Translations under genes and position numbers: made by a program
The notes under the pieces: model-generated
The model's database searches: none
Told to the model about the DNA's origin: nothing
What the model saw: only the letters and a program-made list of their open reading frames with translations
Part shown: one piece after another, positions 9,856 to 19,632 of the stretch
Position numbering within the stretch: the stretch's first letter is position 1
Layout of the letters: each line of letters opens with the position of its first letter
Assembly (NCBI GenBank): GCA_048939995.1
Contig: JBHLOY010000002.1
Span: forward strand, 464,485 to 528,484
Source: Promethearchaeota archaeon
GTDB lineage: Archaea > Asgardarchaeota > Lokiarchaeia > Sigyniarchaeales > SOKP01
Length of the DNA stretch: 64,000 nt
Direction of reading: 5' to 3'

Positions 9856-11157
9856 TTATACTTTCTTTTTTTTTCTTTTATACCTTATAAGAAATACAGA
9901 TACGACTATTAACACGTTTAAAGCTAAAAGAACAGTAATTAGAATGATTAAATTATAGTAAATCGGAATACATAAGCCTTCAAATGTTTTAGGGTTTTTC
10001 ATTAAAATAGCATCAGACAGGGGCTTCATGCTACCAAGCTCAAAAAGCACATATCCTGAAAGATATATGTTTCCTACAGAATCTATTGCTATGTCAGAAC
10101 AAGAGGCAAAAACACATCCGGTACACCGTTTTTCCCACATAAAATCTCCAGATGAATTTACTTTCTCTAAATAAATTGCACTAGCCCAACCACAACCACC
10201 AAACAAAGTATTATCATAACACGGAATTTCTCTATTTTCAGCTATATATATATTGTTTAGAGAATCTATACTAAGTCCAGGTGTATTTACTGAATTTGAA
10301 GGTAATGTAAAATTCCATAAAGAAAAACCATTAGGATTCAATTTTAATAACTTATTTCCACTCGCAACAAGAATATTTCCATTAAAATCTAATGTTAAAT
10401 CATGCTTATAATAGGCTTTCCAGGTATAATTCCATTCACAATATCCAGTAGAGTTAAATTTAATCAATATAGAATTATAATTATTAAACCCTGTGACATA
10501 TATATAATCGTTAGAGTCAATAGTAATAGCGGTATATTCATATGACTTATTCTCTCCCCATGTATGGTTCCATAATATTGATCCAGAATTATTAAGTTTT
10601 ACAAGGCGAGAATTCTCTTTGAAACCTACTAGGTAAAGGTTACCTAATGAATCACTATCCATATCATAACTTTTTTGCCCTTCAGAGTCTTTTAAAGTTT
10701 TATTCCAAATTTGATTTCCAATAGGATCGTACTTTAAAAGAGTAATATTTAAATATGGAATTCCCAGAATAGTAAAGGTTCCTAATAGATAGATATCATT
10801 ATAAGCATCAATTTTTATTTTCTGATAACCATCCCAAGCTATACCATTATAATTCAAAGGGACTTCCCATTCTAGGCTTCCTGAGTTATTAAGTTTCGTA
10901 AGAAAATAATCATAGCTAAGATTTTTTGAATCAAATATATCTCTTAATATGTAAATTTTATTGAATTGGTCAGTAGCAATACTATTAACTGATGCCATAT
11001 TATTAACTGAACCTATGTTTCCTTCCCAGAATTTTGTCCATGGAGGTTCTTCACTAATATAATCATCAGAAGAGAAAACTGGGTTAAATAATGATATAAA
11101 ATTAGTTAGAAACAATTGGAGGATTATTATTGAAGATGCAGTTTTCCGAAATTTCAT
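9856..11157 (-). CDS. Surface beta-propeller (SBBP-like repeat) protein with signal peptide and C-terminal TM anchor
   Basis: Repeated I.IDS..NIY..G...L.K.N.SG...W units; hydrophobic N- and C-termini, basic tail. Confidence 0.82.
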   Translation of the reverse strand: MKFRKTASSIIILQLFLTNFISLFNPVFSSDDYISEEPPWTKFWEGNIGSVNNMASVNSIATDQFNKIYILRDIFDSKNLSYDYFLTKLNNSGSLEWEVPLNYNGIAWDGYQKIKIDAYNDIYLLGTFTILGIPYLNITLLKYDPIGNQIWNKTLKDSEGQKSYDMDSDSLGNLYLVGFKENSRLVKLNNSGSILWNHTWGENKSYEYTAITIDSNDYIYVTGFNNYNSILIKFNSTGYCEWNYTWKAYYKHDLTLDFNGNILVASGNKLLKLNPNGFSLWNFTLPSNSVNTPGLSIDSLNNIYIAENREIPCYDNTLFGGCGWASAIYLEKVNSSGDFMWEKRCTGCVFASCSDIAIDSVGNIYLSGYVLFELGSMKPLSDAILMKNPKTFEGLCIPIYYNLIILITVLLALNVLIVVSVFLIRYKRKKKKV

Positions 11158-11281
11158 ATTTTTATCTTTTATGACTATTTATCTAAAGATCAACTATTAT
11201 TATGAAATTTATATATCTTTGGAGAGAATTATTTGTAAATAGTGAAATTATTTAAAATATACAATTGCTTATATTAATAAG

Positions 11282-11851
11282 ATGGAAATTGAAAAAGCGA
11301 TATATTCAAGACGAACTATCCGTCGATTTAAACAAGATCCAATTCCAATAGAACTTTTAAAGAAATTAATTGATTATGCGAGACTAGCTCCAGCAGGTAT
11401 GAATATTCAAGGTTTGGAATACATAATTATATCTGACACAGAGATGAGAAATAAGTTATTTCCTTTATTAAGATGGGCAGCTTTATTACCTGAAGATGAT
11501 CGAACCCCAGAAGTTGGAAGACGACCCACTGCTTATATTATAGTTCTTGGAAATACTAAAATTAAAAGAAATGTAGATATCGATGTTGGTGCTGCTATTG
11601 AGAACATTTTATTGGGAGCCCTAAATTATGGTATAGGAAGCTGCTGGATGGGTTCAATAGACAGGGATAAAATTCGTGAACTATTTAATGTTCCGGATCA
11701 ATATCTAATCAAATATGTAATTAGCCTAGGATTTTCCGATGAAGAATCTGTTACTGAACCTTTTACTGGTAGCTTTAAATATTGGAAAGAACAGAATACA
11801 ATGCATATCCCTAAAAGGGATTTAGACAAAATAATATTCAAAATTTTTTGA
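11282..11851 (+). CDS. Nitroreductase family protein
   Basis: RRTIRRF, ARLAPAGMNIQ, DVGAAIENILLGA..GIGSCWMG. Confidence 0.92.
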   Translation: MEIEKAIYSRRTIRRFKQDPIPIELLKKLIDYARLAPAGMNIQGLEYIIISDTEMRNKLFPLLRWAALLPEDDRTPEVGRRPTAYIIVLGNTKIKRNVDIDVGAAIENILLGALNYGIGSCWMGSIDRDKIRELFNVPDQYLIKYVISLGFSDEESVTEPFTGSFKYWKEQNTMHIPKRDLDKIIFKIF

Positions 11852-11949
11852 GAGAAAGATCTTGGCTCTTATTTCTCTCTAAACCTTTATAAGTAAATAA
11901 ATCGATATTTTTACTATTAGTTATAAACGAATTCCATAGGTGATATTAT

Positions 11950-13176
11950 ATGGTTGAATTTTCTTTCGATGATTGGCTAATAGGTATTTCTACGTTTGGT
12001 ATTCTCTTATTTGGATATACTATTGGCTCTTTTTTTTTTTACAAGTCTAGGAAATTAAAAGTAAATCTTCTAACGTTTTATAGTTTAGCTACTATATTTG
12101 TTACATTTGGATGGTTGCCAATTATCATAGATTTCTTGATTGTACTCATATCAGAAAGTCATATAAACCTCCTATTATATATTTCAATAATGTGGATTCA
12201 ACTACCTTTAACCGTTATTCTCCAGCAATATATTACAGCAGAGCTTTTAATTCCCAAAAAGAAATGGTATATAATTATCGGATTAGTATTATTAGGTTTT
12301 TGTTTTTATATGGTGCTCTTTCTTGATCCTTTTGGATCTGTAATCATTATCGGTCCACCTATTAAAGCATTTTACCATAAAGCGGGATTGAATCCTTCTA
12401 CCTTAACAGGTTTAATTGGAACAATCTTTATCTTTTTCGGTTTAATCTTTGCAGGATTAGGCTTTTTAATTAAATCAATCAAATCTAAAGGTGATATAAG
12501 AAGAAAATTCTTGTATTTAGCGATAGCAATGATTTTAGGCTACACATTTGGTCTTTTAGATAGTTTCACTGAAAGTTTTACTCTCGTTCTAGTAAGAATC
12601 GGATTTATTAGCAGCAATTGGTTTGCTTATTTTGGATTAAAAACGAGAAAACCAAAAGAAATAAAGAAAAAAATGCCTACTGAAAAAGAAATCGAATTAG
12701 TTTCATATATGCTAGGAAAATCAGAAGATATAGACTTATCCAAAGAAATTACCTCAATTTGCAAAAATTTTACGGATGAAGTGTTAGTGTTTGTTAGTTA
12801 TGCAACTAAGGATGCCAAGACCTTTAAAATTAAGCAAATTGCAGAAAAATTAACTACATACCAAGAAATAAAAGATGTGTTGTACTGGCAAGAAGATCTA
12901 GACGACAATATTTTCGAGTATATGAATGATAATCTGGGTAAATGCAATATTATGGTTTTATTTTGTTCTAAAGCTGCATTAAGTTCAGTACCAGTTAAAA
13001 AAGAATGGACTGCTGCGGATGCTTTGGGAATACCGATTATACCTGTATTTATTAATCCAGATCATATCCCACCCCTTTTAAAATCTAGATTAGGATTTGA
13101 ATATGATTTTTATGATTTTCAAAAAAATGTTGATATGCTACGCTATTTAATATTAAAAAAGTGTAGCAATAAATGA
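11950..13176 (+). CDS. Seven-TM membrane protein with C-terminal TIR domain
   Basis: Seven hydrophobic segments in aa ~8-230; TIR motifs VFVSYATKD, MVLFCSKAALSS.PVKKEW, IIPVF, IPPLL. Confidence 0.85.
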   Translation: MVEFSFDDWLIGISTFGILLFGYTIGSFFFYKSRKLKVNLLTFYSLATIFVTFGWLPIIIDFLIVLISESHINLLLYISIMWIQLPLTVILQQYITAELLIPKKKWYIIIGLVLLGFCFYMVLFLDPFGSVIIIGPPIKAFYHKAGLNPSTLTGLIGTIFIFFGLIFAGLGFLIKSIKSKGDIRRKFLYLAIAMILGYTFGLLDSFTESFTLVLVRIGFISSNWFAYFGLKTRKPKEIKKKMPTEKEIELVSYMLGKSEDIDLSKEITSICKNFTDEVLVFVSYATKDAKTFKIKQIAEKLTTYQEIKDVLYWQEDLDDNIFEYMNDNLGKCNIMVLFCSKAALSSVPVKKEWTAADALGIPIIPVFINPDHIPPLLKSRLGFEYDFYDFQKNVDMLRYLILKKCSNK

Positions 13177-13200
13177 AAATAAGTTAAAAATTAAAAAAAA

Positions 13201-13773
13201 TTATTTTACTTCAATCTTTTTCTTTTCTTTCTTTTCCTCTTCAATTTTAGGTAGATTCAGTTTCAAAATGCCTTTTTCTAATTTAGCTTCGATCTTATCT
13301 TCATCGATATTTTCTGGCAATTTAAAGGTTCTATAATAACTGGAACTGCTGTATTCCTTTCGTACATAGCCTTCTTTCTTTTCCTCAAGTTCATTCTTTT
13401 GTTCTCCTTTAATTTCTAAGTTTCCATTCCGAACTGTAATTTCAATATCCCCTTTCTCTAATCCGGGTAATTCAGCAGTAATCGCAAAATGGTCTTTCTC
13501 ATCAACTATGTTAGTTAGTGGACTTCTAAAGAACTTCTCATCATCAATGTTCCATTTAAAGGGTTCAAAATCCCAGAAACGAGAGGGTCTCCAAAAATCT
13601 AAGAAAAATCTGTCAATATCGTCAAAAAAGCGATCAATATTCCCAAATAAGGATAATGGCCTATAATTTCGTCTCAGTTGAATTTCGTTCTTCTCTTCTT
13701 TCTTGGCAGTAGAATCTTCTTTTTCTTCAGTTGTTTTGACATCTACCTTTTTTTCTTCTTCTATATCGGACAT
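13201..13773 (-). CDS. Small heat shock protein Hsp20/alpha-crystallin
   Basis: AELPGLEKGDIEI, YYRTFKLPENID, AKLEKGILKLNLPK, C-terminal IEV motif; GGAGGT Shine-Dalgarno upstream. Confidence 0.95.
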   Translation of the reverse strand: MSDIEEEKKVDVKTTEEKEDSTAKKEEKNEIQLRRNYRPLSLFGNIDRFFDDIDRFFLDFWRPSRFWDFEPFKWNIDDEKFFRSPLTNIVDEKDHFAITAELPGLEKGDIEITVRNGNLEIKGEQKNELEEKKEGYVRKEYSSSSYYRTFKLPENIDEDKIEAKLEKGILKLNLPKIEEEKKEKKKIEVK

Positions 13774-13856
13774 ACTTTTAACCTCCTTTAATTAATTTTT
13801 GTTTTAAATTGGTCTTTGTCAACCATTAATTGTCAATATATATATGTTCAAAAAAT

Positions 13857-13871
13857 TATTTAAATGTTTCG
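13857..13871 (-). promoter_or_regulatory. Putative BRE/TATA promoter of hsp20
   Basis: Minus strand reads cgaaaca-TTTAAATA about 85 bp upstream of the start codon. Confidence 0.45.
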
Positions 13872-13993
13872 ATTGTATAAAATAAGAATTCCAAGGGTAT
13901 ACAATGTGTTTATAATGCTTTTAAGAATTTAAAATAAATTTTAAAAAGTTTTCTAATTTCCTAAAAGAATTTAGTTATTGGAAGAGATTTTAC

Positions 13994-15265
13994 TTAAATA
14001 TATGACTCAAAAAAACTCGTTTTCTTTGGAAACATGGTCTCAATCAGAGATCTTGATGAAGTGTTAACTAAAGCATCTTTAATAATATAATTTATTTCAC
14101 TAATAGTTCTATCACCCAGTAATAATTTAAATAATAGAGCTCCTGGTATTCTGAGGTCCGTTGTTTGAGGTTTAGGATAGCTTTTTTCAACTTCGATAGT
14201 CTCAATTTTTCCATTATTGAAGTTTAATTTAACCGTTTCTTGATAATTACTTATAACCACAGGTTTAGTTAATTTTCTAAATTTAGATCTTTCTAATCTT
14301 TCTTCTAATATCTTCTTGATTAATTGAAAAAATCGAGTTAGATTTGGTATTTTTACTTGCCACCCATAAGAATAGAACGGAATACCACCTAAAGATTTAA
14401 TGTGGTTAAAAAGCAAGGAACTTTCACTTATACTGAGAATCAATGTATCATCTTTCGAAAAGTTTCCAAGATTAATAACAAATTGAAGTAGAGCATTCAT
14501 ATATTTTTCATTTAAATCTGGACAGATTATTTCATAATTCTCATTGTCATAACTCATTCCAAGTGAAAAATAATTTTTTGTTTCACCATCTTCTTCAATT
14601 ATATAGGTTAATCTGATTTCAGTGTTAAATTCCTCATTAAGATACTTAAACTTAAAACATTCTGGGTCAAATTTATTAAAAATATAGAAATTCTGATGAA
14701 ATTTATTATATTTAGGTTCAATGAAATGTAAATCATTTGAATCCGCTTTTCTAATTTTAATTTTTTTATTGGAAATATGAGGAATATTAGATACTGGAAT
14801 CTTTATTCTTTCATCAAGGGAAGAAATATATTCATACCCAAGATTACGATAAAAGTATGGTATGCCTCTAATCACGGAAATAATATAGCTATTTTGTTCC
14901 ATTATGTTTTCATACAAGTCATTTAAGATTTTTATAAAGTTATTGCCTCGATATTCCTCAAGAGTGCCTACAAATTCCATTTCACATACTGGAAGCGTAA
15001 TGTCCTGAATTTGCCATTCTGAGGGAAATAAACAAATAGTGGAAACCAATTTATCATTTTTGTAATCTTTGATATATAGCCATAGAATATCATTTTTACG
15101 GGGATGTTTTAAAAAGATACGATGGATAAAAGTTTCTAATAGCTCATCTTTATGGATAGATATATTCAAATCGACTAAGGTTTTTAGCTCTTCTTCTGTA
15201 TCTCCAGCAATATGGATACTAAATTGATCATCAATTATAGAGCTATAACCTTTTTCAAATCTCAT
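13994..15265 (-). CDS. GNAT acetyltransferase, Eis-like (tandem GNAT + SCP2-like C-terminus)
   Basis: EFVGTLEEYRG acetyl-CoA motif A, GIPYFYRNLGYEY; 423 aa. Confidence 0.8.
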   Translation of the reverse strand: MRFEKGYSSIIDDQFSIHIAGDTEEELKTLVDLNISIHKDELLETFIHRIFLKHPRKNDILWLYIKDYKNDKLVSTICLFPSEWQIQDITLPVCEMEFVGTLEEYRGNNFIKILNDLYENIMEQNSYIISVIRGIPYFYRNLGYEYISSLDERIKIPVSNIPHISNKKIKIRKADSNDLHFIEPKYNKFHQNFYIFNKFDPECFKFKYLNEEFNTEIRLTYIIEEDGETKNYFSLGMSYDNENYEIICPDLNEKYMNALLQFVINLGNFSKDDTLILSISESSLLFNHIKSLGGIPFYSYGWQVKIPNLTRFFQLIKKILEERLERSKFRKLTKPVVISNYQETVKLNFNNGKIETIEVEKSYPKPQTTDLRIPGALLFKLLLGDRTISEINYIIKDALVNTSSRSLIETMFPKKTSFFESYI

Positions 15266-15411
15266 AAGGTTAAAAATTTTCAGCTTTATTTCAATCTTGC
15301 TTTAATCATAAATTATTCTTGTTCAACCTTAGTTTCCTGTATAAAAAACTTATAAGTTTTCTTGAAATAATTTCTAACCATCTAAAAAAATTTTTTATCA
15401 AATTATAGATC

Positions 15412-16332
15412 ATGAGATTAATAAATACATTTTGTATTAAAAGGAAGAAAATCATAACATTTTTGCTCACCCTTTTATTTATTGTTTCTGTTTTAAATTA
15501 TTCTTATTCAGCATCAGCTCAAATGCGTCAAATGAGAGTAGCAGTTTATGATGGAGTGGGGACAGAAACCTCACGCGGTAGTTATATTGCATGTTATAAT
15601 TTGTTTACTTGGATGAATGCAACAGTCAATTACATTAATTCCCAACAAATAAAAAGTGGATATTTATCTAATTATGATATCTTAGTTATGCCGGGGGGAT
15701 ATTTTGTCCAATATTCATATTATCTTGAACAAAGTGGAAGGGAAGAAATACGTCAGTTTGTAGAATCAGGAGGTTCTTATTTTGGGATATGTGGTGGTTC
15801 TATTTTTGGATGTTATCCTTATTTAAATCTCTTTAAGGGTACTATTAGTAATTCTATATCTGGAACTGGAAGTCGATTAATAAATATGACAATTAACCGT
15901 GAATGTACAAATCCAGATCTTTCAAGTGAACCTGAAATGTATTCATTACTATATTGGGGATCATGTTATTTTGAACCCGAAGATCCATCTGAAGTTATTC
16001 CAATTGCATATTACCCCGAAATTAATAAATCAGGTATGATAGTTTTCCACTATGGATTAGGAAGTGTATTTTTGTGCAGTCCACATCCCGAGTTTGAAGA
16101 AGGTAATACAAGAGACGGAGTAAATAGTTTTGATTCTCTTAATGATCAAGATTCAGAATGGGGATTACTTTTAAAGATCTCTACGTGGCTAATAGATAGC
16201 TCGATTACAGATAACACAAAAACTGACATAATCATTATTTGGACCCTTGGAAGCATGGTTGGAGTAACAATTGTAATATTATCCATTTATTTTATGAAGA
16301 ATTCACGTCGTAAGGCAAGCAATAAAAAGTGA
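15412..16332 (+). CDS. BPL_N-like class I glutamine amidotransferase-fold protein with signal peptide and C-terminal TM
   Basis: VAVYDGVG, LVMPGG, FVESGGSYFGICGG (Cys elbow), SPHPE (His-x-Glu); hydrophobic termini. Confidence 0.8.
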   Translation: MRLINTFCIKRKKIITFLLTLLFIVSVLNYSYSASAQMRQMRVAVYDGVGTETSRGSYIACYNLFTWMNATVNYINSQQIKSGYLSNYDILVMPGGYFVQYSYYLEQSGREEIRQFVESGGSYFGICGGSIFGCYPYLNLFKGTISNSISGTGSRLINMTINRECTNPDLSSEPEMYSLLYWGSCYFEPEDPSEVIPIAYYPEINKSGMIVFHYGLGSVFLCSPHPEFEEGNTRDGVNSFDSLNDQDSEWGLLLKISTWLIDSSITDNTKTDIIIIWTLGSMVGVTIVILSIYFMKNSRRKASNKK

Positions 16333-16347
16333 GACAAACCTATATAG

Positions 16348-17124
16348 TTATTTTTGACATTTTGGACAATAGAAACCATGTCTACCGGAAAGCTCAAATC
16401 GCTCTATTGTAGCTCCACAAACGGGACATTCTTCATCTTTCTGGCGGTGAGGAATCAAAAATTTTGGGGAGTATGATCCTAACTCACCTTCATTTTCAAT
16501 ACCATATTTCAGAACTTCTTTAATGTTGTTAAAAAGATCTTTTAGTTTCTTCTCATCAACTTCATTTATTTTAGTTTTTGGATTTATCTTTGCTTGGAAT
16601 AATATCTCATCAGAATAGATATTTCCAATACCAGCAATTATATTCTGGTTCATCAGAAAAGTTTTGCTTATCGTAGTTCTCCGCTTCAAGGTACCAATAA
16701 ATTCTTGATAATTCATGTTTAGCGCATCAGGTCCCAATTTCTTTTGTTTTAGATATTTTTTCATGTTATTGCATAAATCAACTCGTCCAAACATCCTTTG
16801 GGAGATATAAGAAAGAAATGACCCATCTTTAAATTCAAATAATACTCTGCTATGTGTTGGTTCATCATTAATATTGTTAAAAGCCTTTAAATAACCAGAC
16901 ATTCCAAAATGGAGAACAAGAAATTTAGAATTGATTTTAACAAACAGATACTTGCCATGTCTGATGGTTGTTGAAAACTTTTTATTTTTTAACTCCCTTT
17001 GGAGTTCTTTTTCTGAAACATTAAGTACTCTATCATCTCTTACTTTTACACTTTTAATTTCTTTGCATAATGAAGTGCTCTCCAAGTAATTCTTGAATGT
17101 TTCAACTTCGGGAAGTTCTGGCAT
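16348..17124 (-). CDS. mutM: Formamidopyrimidine-DNA glycosylase (Fpg/Nei family)
   Basis: Catalytic N-terminus MPELPEVE fixes the start at ATG 17124; RHGKYL, HFGMSG, H2TH IAGIGNIYSDEILF, C4 zinc finger. Confidence 0.92.
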   Translation of the reverse strand: MPELPEVETFKNYLESTSLCKEIKSVKVRDDRVLNVSEKELQRELKNKKFSTTIRHGKYLFVKINSKFLVLHFGMSGYLKAFNNINDEPTHSRVLFEFKDGSFLSYISQRMFGRVDLCNNMKKYLKQKKLGPDALNMNYQEFIGTLKRRTTISKTFLMNQNIIAGIGNIYSDEILFQAKINPKTKINEVDEKKLKDLFNNIKEVLKYGIENEGELGSYSPKFLIPHRQKDEECPVCGATIERFELSGRHGFYCPKCQK

Positions 17125-17233
17125 ATTTTGCAGGAATTTTTGTATCAAAAAATTTAAATTAGAAATAAATATATAAAATTTCTATGAAAATTAAAATTTT
17201 CAAAAAAGAATCCAATGTGAGGAGATTTCAGAT

Positions 17234-18337
17234 ATGACAATTAAAATAGACACCATAGAGATTTTTAAGATCAATATCCCAATGAAATTTCCATTTAAAA
17301 TTGCCTTAGGAACTAGTTATGAGGCTAATAATGTATGGGTCCGAATTCATACAAACGAAAATATTTATGGATGGGGCGAAGGATGTTCTTCTCTAACTGT
17401 AACAGGAACAACTCAATCTAATTCTTTTGATGCAGGAATTCTTATCGCAAAAAACCTGAAAGGAAAGGATCCTCTTGCTTTAAATTCAAGAATGTATGAT
17501 ATGGATCAAACTATTGTTGGGCATTCCCAAATAAAATCAGCTTTTAATCAAGCTTTATTTGATATTTTGGGAAAATTCGCAAATCTTCCTTTATACTCAC
17601 TATTAGGAGGAGAAAATCGTCGCATTTTTACTGATTACACTTTAGGCATTCAAGATAATATTGATATTGCTATTGAAAAAGTAAAAGAGATTATTGATTG
17701 GGGATTTCAGGCAATTAAAGTAAAAGTTGGTTTGAATAAGGATTTTGACATTGAACTAATTGAAAGAATTAGGAATTTAAGTGATACTGTATCAATTAGA
17801 ATCGATGCTAATCAAGGGTGGGACTTACCTACTGCAATTGAGGTCCTTGTTAAAGTTGAACCCTATAATCTTCAATATGCTGAACAACCATTACCTTATT
17901 GGGATATATCTAATATGAAAAGATTAAGAGAAAAAATGAAAATACCTATTTGTGCTGATGAATCAATATTTGATCATCATGATGCTTTCAAACTTACTTC
18001 ACTTGGAGCATGTGATATCCTAAACATCAAACTTGGTAAATCTAAGGGTATTACTAATGCACTTAAAATAAATTCTATCGCTGAAAGCTGTGGTTTGAAA
18101 TGTATGATCGGATGCTTTAATGAATCCCGCTTAGGATTATCATTTGGTGCGCATTTAGCATCCGCTCTATCCAATATCGCATTTATTGATTTAGATTCTG
18201 CTTTAATGCATAAAGAAGATTATGTTGTTGGTGGAATAAAATATGAAAATGGAAACATAATTATACCGGAGATCCCTGGACATGGCGCAGATATTAATGA
18301 GGACATCTTAGAAAAATTAAAGGGAAAGACTGTTTAA
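17234..18337 (+). CDS. Dipeptide epimerase (L-Ala-D/L-Glu epimerase-like), enolase superfamily
   Basis: KxK (IKVKVG), DANQ, EQP, DE, NIKLGK, DxD (IDLDS). Confidence 0.9.
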   Translation: MTIKIDTIEIFKINIPMKFPFKIALGTSYEANNVWVRIHTNENIYGWGEGCSSLTVTGTTQSNSFDAGILIAKNLKGKDPLALNSRMYDMDQTIVGHSQIKSAFNQALFDILGKFANLPLYSLLGGENRRIFTDYTLGIQDNIDIAIEKVKEIIDWGFQAIKVKVGLNKDFDIELIERIRNLSDTVSIRIDANQGWDLPTAIEVLVKVEPYNLQYAEQPLPYWDISNMKRLREKMKIPICADESIFDHHDAFKLTSLGACDILNIKLGKSKGITNALKINSIAESCGLKCMIGCFNESRLGLSFGAHLASALSNIAFIDLDSALMHKEDYVVGGIKYENGNIIIPEIPGHGADINEDILEKLKGKTV

Positions 18338-18340
18338 CAT

Positions 18341-19510
18341 CTATTTCTCTATTATGACAGTAGAGCCTGTAGCAAATCTTTCTAATGCCTGTTCATCCAG
18401 ATCAACCCCCCATCCTGAACCAACAGGTAGTTTGGCTTTTCCGTTAGTATAGTCAATAGGCTTAATAATTAAGTCATCTACTAACATTTCTTGACCAAAA
18501 AGTTCAGAAGCATAATTTATTATATGGTATTTCGCCACATTTAAATGGATTTGCATAGCGGACGCTATTCCTAAAGGCTGATTATGTAGTACAATTCCTA
18601 AACCTCGCAATCTAGCGTAATTAATCGCATGTAATGCTTTAGTAACTCCCCCTGGACGCTCAGAGTTAATGCCTAATACTCTCACAGCTTTTAGTTCTAC
18701 TAAATTAATGAAATCTCTCAATGAGAAAAATCCTTCATGAGCCATAAGAGGTATTTTTACATTTTTTTGAACGTATTTCATTCCCAAATAATCATCTGCT
18801 TTGACAGGTTGTTCTACATATTCAATATTATATGCTTCAAGGGCATTAATAGCCTTTATCGCTATATGAGGATCATAAGCTTGATTATAATCTACTCTTA
18901 AATTTATGCTATCTCCAAAAGTTTCCCTTATATTTTCTACAATTTGAATATCTTGTTGAATACCTTTCCCTAACTTTAATCTAAATGTTCGATATCCTTT
19001 TTTATAAAAAGATTTAGTGATTCCTTTCATTAAAATAGGTTCACCAAGTGGAATAAGTGCTACGAGTGGTATCTCTTGAACATTTTTTCCTCCCATGAAG
19101 TCACAAGCAGATCGCTCAGTTATTTTTCCCATTAAATCATAACAAGCCATATCTAAAAGGCCTTTAGCAATCTCTTGTCTTGCGAGATTTATATCCATTT
19201 GATAATTAATTTTTTCAATATTAAATGGATTTTCTCCGATTAAGTATCTTGCTAAAAAATTTTGAATTGAGATAATAACCTGATTAGGAGCGATCCCCGT
19301 TTCTGGAGGCCACAAGAATACCTCTCCAAGACCCACACTACCATCATTGGTTACCAATCTGCACACGACAAAATCTCCTCCTAACCATGCCTCTACGGCT
19401 TCAATAGCCATTCCCAATCCCCCTTGGGTTTCACTCATAGCTTTTTTAATTGAATCTTTAAATGGAACATGTATTGGAGTTAATTCTATGCTTTCAATTA
19501 TATTATTCAT
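18341..19510 (-). CDS. Enolase-superfamily (MLE subgroup-like) protein with non-canonical active site
   Basis: DMACYDLMGK, RLKLG, VDYNQ, VEQP, AHEG, GWGVDLD. Confidence 0.85.
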   Translation of the reverse strand: MNNIIESIELTPIHVPFKDSIKKAMSETQGGLGMAIEAVEAWLGGDFVVCRLVTNDGSVGLGEVFLWPPETGIAPNQVIISIQNFLARYLIGENPFNIEKINYQMDINLARQEIAKGLLDMACYDLMGKITERSACDFMGGKNVQEIPLVALIPLGEPILMKGITKSFYKKGYRTFRLKLGKGIQQDIQIVENIRETFGDSINLRVDYNQAYDPHIAIKAINALEAYNIEYVEQPVKADDYLGMKYVQKNVKIPLMAHEGFFSLRDFINLVELKAVRVLGINSERPGGVTKALHAINYARLRGLGIVLHNQPLGIASAMQIHLNVAKYHIINYASELFGQEMLVDDLIIKPIDYTNGKAKLPVGSGWGVDLDEQALERFATGSTVIIEK

Positions 19511-19632
19511 TTTTAGGTGACCTTTGGGTAAAAAAATATCAAAATAGAGATATGAAGTAGTAAAGCAATAAGATATTTAATTTATTTTAAAAATTTTAAA
19601 GAAAAAAATAAAAAATTAAATTAAGAGTTGAT

